From contig JBGAJP010000003.1 of NCBI GenBank assembly GCA_044224855.1, positions 27,745 to 91,744 on the forward strand: a stretch of DNA of 64,000 nucleotides. The letters are read 5' to 3'. A program made the position numbers and the translations under genes. Of the stretch, positions 61,328-64,000 are shown piece after piece; the first letter of the stretch is position 1; every line of letters starts with the position of its first letter. This DNA comes from Pontiellaceae bacterium. Its GTDB lineage: Bacteria; Verrucomicrobiota; Kiritimatiellia; Kiritimatiellales; Tichowtungiaceae. Below the pieces are notes generated by a model, which worked only from the letters and a program-made list of their open reading frames with translations, ran no database searches and had not been told where the DNA came from.

Positions 61328-63046
61328 ATGGAAGAGAAATCAGAATTTAAACAGCGGCCGGTGCTGAGTCTGCTGGCGCAGAGCGTCGCGATGGCGGCGG
61401 CTGTGTTCTCGCTGATCCTCTGCATCCTGCTGATCGCCGACTTCGTGCGGATTCAGAAAATGGATCCGCTGAACGATCCGCATCTACTTCAGCTGCGCGA
61501 AAAGCTGGCCGATTCGACGGACGGCCGCGAAGCGCTGGCGGAACAGATCCGCACGTTCGATCTTTATGCACGTCGCGCCTTTTTCAGCAATCAGGAGCAG
61601 CGGCACATGGGCGGCCTGCTTCTGTTGGGCGGTGCAGCGGTCTGTTTTGCTGCGCTGAAACTTTCCAGGCTTTGGAAGCCGGAACTTCCGAAGGTCGGTA
61701 AACCGGAACCGGTGGATCATTGGGAACTCAACGCGCTGTTCCGGCAGTTGATGGCCATGAGCGGTATTCTGCTGGCTGCCGTTGCGCTGTTCCTGGCTTT
61801 CGCGGTGAAAAGTGATTTGTCCGTTGTACTTGAGCAGTCGAAGCAACAACCCGTAGCGCCTGCCGCGCAAGTGACACAAACAGCTCAGCCTATGCAATTC
61901 ATGGGCGCGGCGAAAACCAATTGGCCGTCACTGCGCGGACCGGGCGGAACCGGCGTAGCGCATTTCACGAACGCGCCGACCGGTTGGGATGTTAAAACCG
62001 GCGAAGGCATCCTGTGGAAAACAGAAATTCCTGTCCCCGGATTCAACTCGCCGATTGTCTGGGGCGGCCGGATTTTCATGTCGGGTGCCGATGATGAAGG
62101 GCAGGAGATTTTCTGCTTCGATGCGGATACAGGTAAACAGCTCTGGACGAAGGCGGTGAAGACCGCGGTCAAACTTCCTGAAGTGTCGAAAGATACAGGC
62201 TATGCCGCGCCGACGATGACAACCGATGGCCGGCGTGTGTTTGCCATCTTCGCGACCGGCGAGCTGGCCGCGTTCGGTTTCGACGGCAACCCCGTCTGGC
62301 AGAAAAATCTGGGCGTGCCGGAAAATCCGTACGGCATGGGCTCGTCGCTCATTACCGATGGCGAACGGCTGTTTGTGCAATACGACCATCAGGATGCGCA
62401 AAAAATAATGGCCTTTGACTGCGCCACCGGCAATCCGGTCTGGCAAACTGCGCGCGCGCATATTTCCTGGTCGAGCCCGGCGCTGATCGAAACCGCTTCC
62501 GGCCCGCAGCTGATTCTCAACGACGAAGAAAATGTGACGGCCTATGACCCGGTTTCCGGAAAACAGATCTGGCAGGTCAAATGTCTCGGCGGCGAAGTCG
62601 CACCGTCACCCGCTTTCAACGGCAGGGACATTGTTTTCGTGGCGAACGAATATGCGCAGGCCAGCGCGCTGAAGCTGAGCGGCGGCACGCCGGAAATCCT
62701 GTGGCAGTATGAAAAATTGCTGCCGGAGATCAGCAGCCCCGTCGCGGCGGAAAACTTTTTTTTCATCGCCACCTCGGCGGGGGATGTAGTCTGTCTTGAT
62801 GCCGCGACAGGCAAAGAGAAGTGGAAGCAGGAGTTCGACGAAGGATTCACTTCATCGCCGGTACTCGTCGGCGACCGTATTTACGCCATCGACCTCACCG
62901 GCGTCATGCACATTTTCGCCGCCGCCGGAGAATATAAGGAGATCGGAACGGTCGAAACGGGCGAGCCGGTTTACGCCACACCTGCTTTCATGAACGGACG
63001 GATTTATATTCGCGGCGATAACAACCTCTACTGCGTCGGAAGATGA
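61328..63046 (+). CDS. PQQ-like beta-propeller repeat protein, paralog P5 (three N-terminal TM helices)
   Basis: About 190 aa of membrane domain, then TNWPSLRGPGGTG and propeller repeats. Confidence 0.8.
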   Translation: MEEKSEFKQRPVLSLLAQSVAMAAAVFSLILCILLIADFVRIQKMDPLNDPHLLQLREKLADSTDGREALAEQIRTFDLYARRAFFSNQEQRHMGGLLLLGGAAVCFAALKLSRLWKPELPKVGKPEPVDHWELNALFRQLMAMSGILLAAVALFLAFAVKSDLSVVLEQSKQQPVAPAAQVTQTAQPMQFMGAAKTNWPSLRGPGGTGVAHFTNAPTGWDVKTGEGILWKTEIPVPGFNSPIVWGGRIFMSGADDEGQEIFCFDADTGKQLWTKAVKTAVKLPEVSKDTGYAAPTMTTDGRRVFAIFATGELAAFGFDGNPVWQKNLGVPENPYGMGSSLITDGERLFVQYDHQDAQKIMAFDCATGNPVWQTARAHISWSSPALIETASGPQLILNDEENVTAYDPVSGKQIWQVKCLGGEVAPSPAFNGRDIVFVANEYAQASALKLSGGTPEILWQYEKLLPEISSPVAAENFFFIATSAGDVVCLDAATGKEKWKQEFDEGFTSSPVLVGDRIYAIDLTGVMHIFAAAGEYKEIGTVETGEPVYATPAFMNGRIYIRGDNNLYCVGR

Positions 63047-63051
63047 GATTT

Positions 63052-63079
63052 AACCGCAAAGGCGCAAAGACACGAAGGA
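63052..63079. repeat. Left inverted repeat of the GxxExxY cassette
   Basis: aaccgcaaaggcgcaaagacacgaagga. Its reverse-complement partner is at 63481-63506 (about 21 of 26 match). Confidence 0.7.
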
Positions 63080-63086
63080 GAGAGGA

Positions 63087-63473
63087 ATGACCGAGACAAC
63101 GGAACGGCAAGAGGAATTGGTGACCCGATTTATCGATGCGGCGATCGAGGTTCATCGTGAGCTCGGTCCGGGGTATGATGAGTCTGTCTATGAAAATGCG
63201 CTGGTGATTGAAATGAAGCTGCGGGGCATTCCGTTTGAGCGGCAGAAGAGCATAGAGGTTTTTTATAAAGGAACAGGTGTTGGGGAGGGCAGACTGGATT
63301 TGTTTTTAGACGGAGAGGTGGTTGTTGAATTAAAGGCGGTCGATCAGTTGAATGAGAAACATGTTGCGCAGGTTATCTCGTATTTGAAAGCAACGAAGAA
63401 ACCATTGGGTCTGCTGCTCAACTTTCATGAATTTCTCCTGAAGAAAGGACTTAAGCGCATAATTTATTCATAA
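63087..63473 (+). CDS. GxxExxY protein (PD-(D/E)XK nuclease superfamily, PDDEXK_3)
   Basis: LGPGYDESVYENAL (the GxxExxY motif), then RLDLFLDGEVVVELKAV (the D...ExK core). Confidence 0.85.
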   Translation: MTETTERQEELVTRFIDAAIEVHRELGPGYDESVYENALVIEMKLRGIPFERQKSIEVFYKGTGVGEGRLDLFLDGEVVVELKAVDQLNEKHVAQVISYLKATKKPLGLLLNFHEFLLKKGLKRIIYS

Positions 63474-63480
63474 CAGGCTT

Positions 63481-63506
63481 TCTTCGTGCCTTGGCGTCTT
63501 AGCGGT
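63481..63506. repeat. Right inverted repeat of the GxxExxY cassette
   Basis: tcttcgtgccttggcgtcttagcggt. Confidence 0.7.
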
Positions 63507-63516
63507 CGAAAAAGAA

Positions 63517-64000
63517 ATGAACAGCAATATTAACATTCAGGAAGTGGACCGGATCGTCGCGGAACTTGGCCGCGACGCATCGGCGGTTATTCCGATCCTG
63601 CAGGCGGTGCAAAAGGAGTTTAGATATCTTCCGGAAGCGGCGCTGCGGCGGATTTGCGAAATCAGCGACATCACACCGGCGCAGATCGAAGGCGTCGCTT
63701 CATTCTTTTCGCAGTTCCGCCGGACGCCGGTCGGCAAACACATGATCAGCGTTTGCGACGGCACGGCCTGCCACGTTAAAGGCGCCGAAGCGATTCATGG
63801 TTCCGTGCTGAGCGCGCTGGGCATCAAAGAAGGCGACACCGATGCCGCCGGACTTTTCACCGTTCAGAAAGTGGCCTGCCTCGGCTGTTGCACGCTGGCA
63901 CCGGCGGTACAGATTGACGGTGTAACCTACGGTCACCTCCGGACCAGCACCGTCTCAAACATGATCACCGATTTTCTGGAGAATGAATCCAGCCGGACTC
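63517..64000 (+). CDS. NuoE/HndA-like [2Fe-2S] thioredoxin-like ferredoxin subunit, partial (continues beyond the window)
   Basis: My own translation gives MNSNINIQEVDRIVAELGRDASAVIPILQAVQKEFRYLPEAALRRICEISDITPAQIEGVASFFSQFRRTPVGKHMISVCDGTACHVKGA...VACLGCCTLAP. This shows the CxxxxC...CxxC NuoE pattern. Confidence 0.8.
   Translation, partial: MNSNINIQEVDRIVAELGRDASAVIPILQAVQKEFRYLPEAALRRICEISDITPAQIEGVASFFSQFRRTPVGKHMISVCDGTACHVKGAEAIHGSVLSALGIKEGDTDAAGLFTVQKVACLGCCTLAPAVQIDGVTYGHLRTSTVSNMITDFLENESSRT

Noticed and set aside
1-64000. CRISPR arrays, rRNA genes, integrases, IS transposases other than the RAYT, reverse transcriptases, prophage structural genes
   Set aside because: Reading both strands, I found no regularly spaced repeat arrays, no rRNA-like sequence and no motifs of those protein families. 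I cannot exclude small ncRNAs or riboswitches without covariance-model searches.

Overview
High-GC (about 60% by eye) chromosomal window. My guess is a PVC-superphylum bacterium (Kiritimatiellota, Lentisphaerota or Verrucomicrobiota-like). This rests only on a PEP-CTERM remnant, many PQQ-like propeller paralogs, GxxExxY cassettes and REP/RAYT elements, and I could not verify it. Most of the window is housekeeping: trpB, dnaE, an LpxL-like acyltransferase, a paired ABC exporter, folP-cdaA-cdaR, mutL, fba, trxA, ychF, pgsA, a RodZ-like gene, ftsK and an rlmN-like gene. Four accessory regions stand out. (1) 46.2-63.0 kb is a 14-gene, same-strand operon with mostly overlapping start and stop codons. 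It joins an isoprenoid module (DUF116-polyprenyl synthase fusion, prenyltransferase-beta-like toroid protein, squalene-hopene-cyclase-like protein with a DxDDTA motif), a radical SAM/ferredoxin pair, five paralogous PQQ-like beta-propellers plus an NHL propeller, and a NapG/NapH-like quinol dehydrogenase pair. I know of no described pathway with this combination, so it is my main candidate for a novel system. (2) 3.7-6.9 kb is an integration hotspot next to tRNA-Arg. It holds a Fic cassette flanked by direct repeats, a truncated vsr, an XRE + SRA-like-HNH nuclease module, and gene remnants. (3) 11.8-13.4 kb is a cluster of four small membrane proteins (zinc-ribbon/DUF4190, zinc-ribbon/CD225, DUF2752 and one unassigned). 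(4) Several repeat families are present: a REP family with 5 copies and a RAYT transposase inserted inside the big operon, a GxxExxY cassette with KDAK-type inverted repeats plus an empty hairpin of the same family, tandem EF-hand paralogs, and two local 3-prime-end duplications. All calls come from reading the sequence and recalling motifs. No searches or computations were run, and start codons are best guesses (the ORF track also uses GTG/TTG starts).
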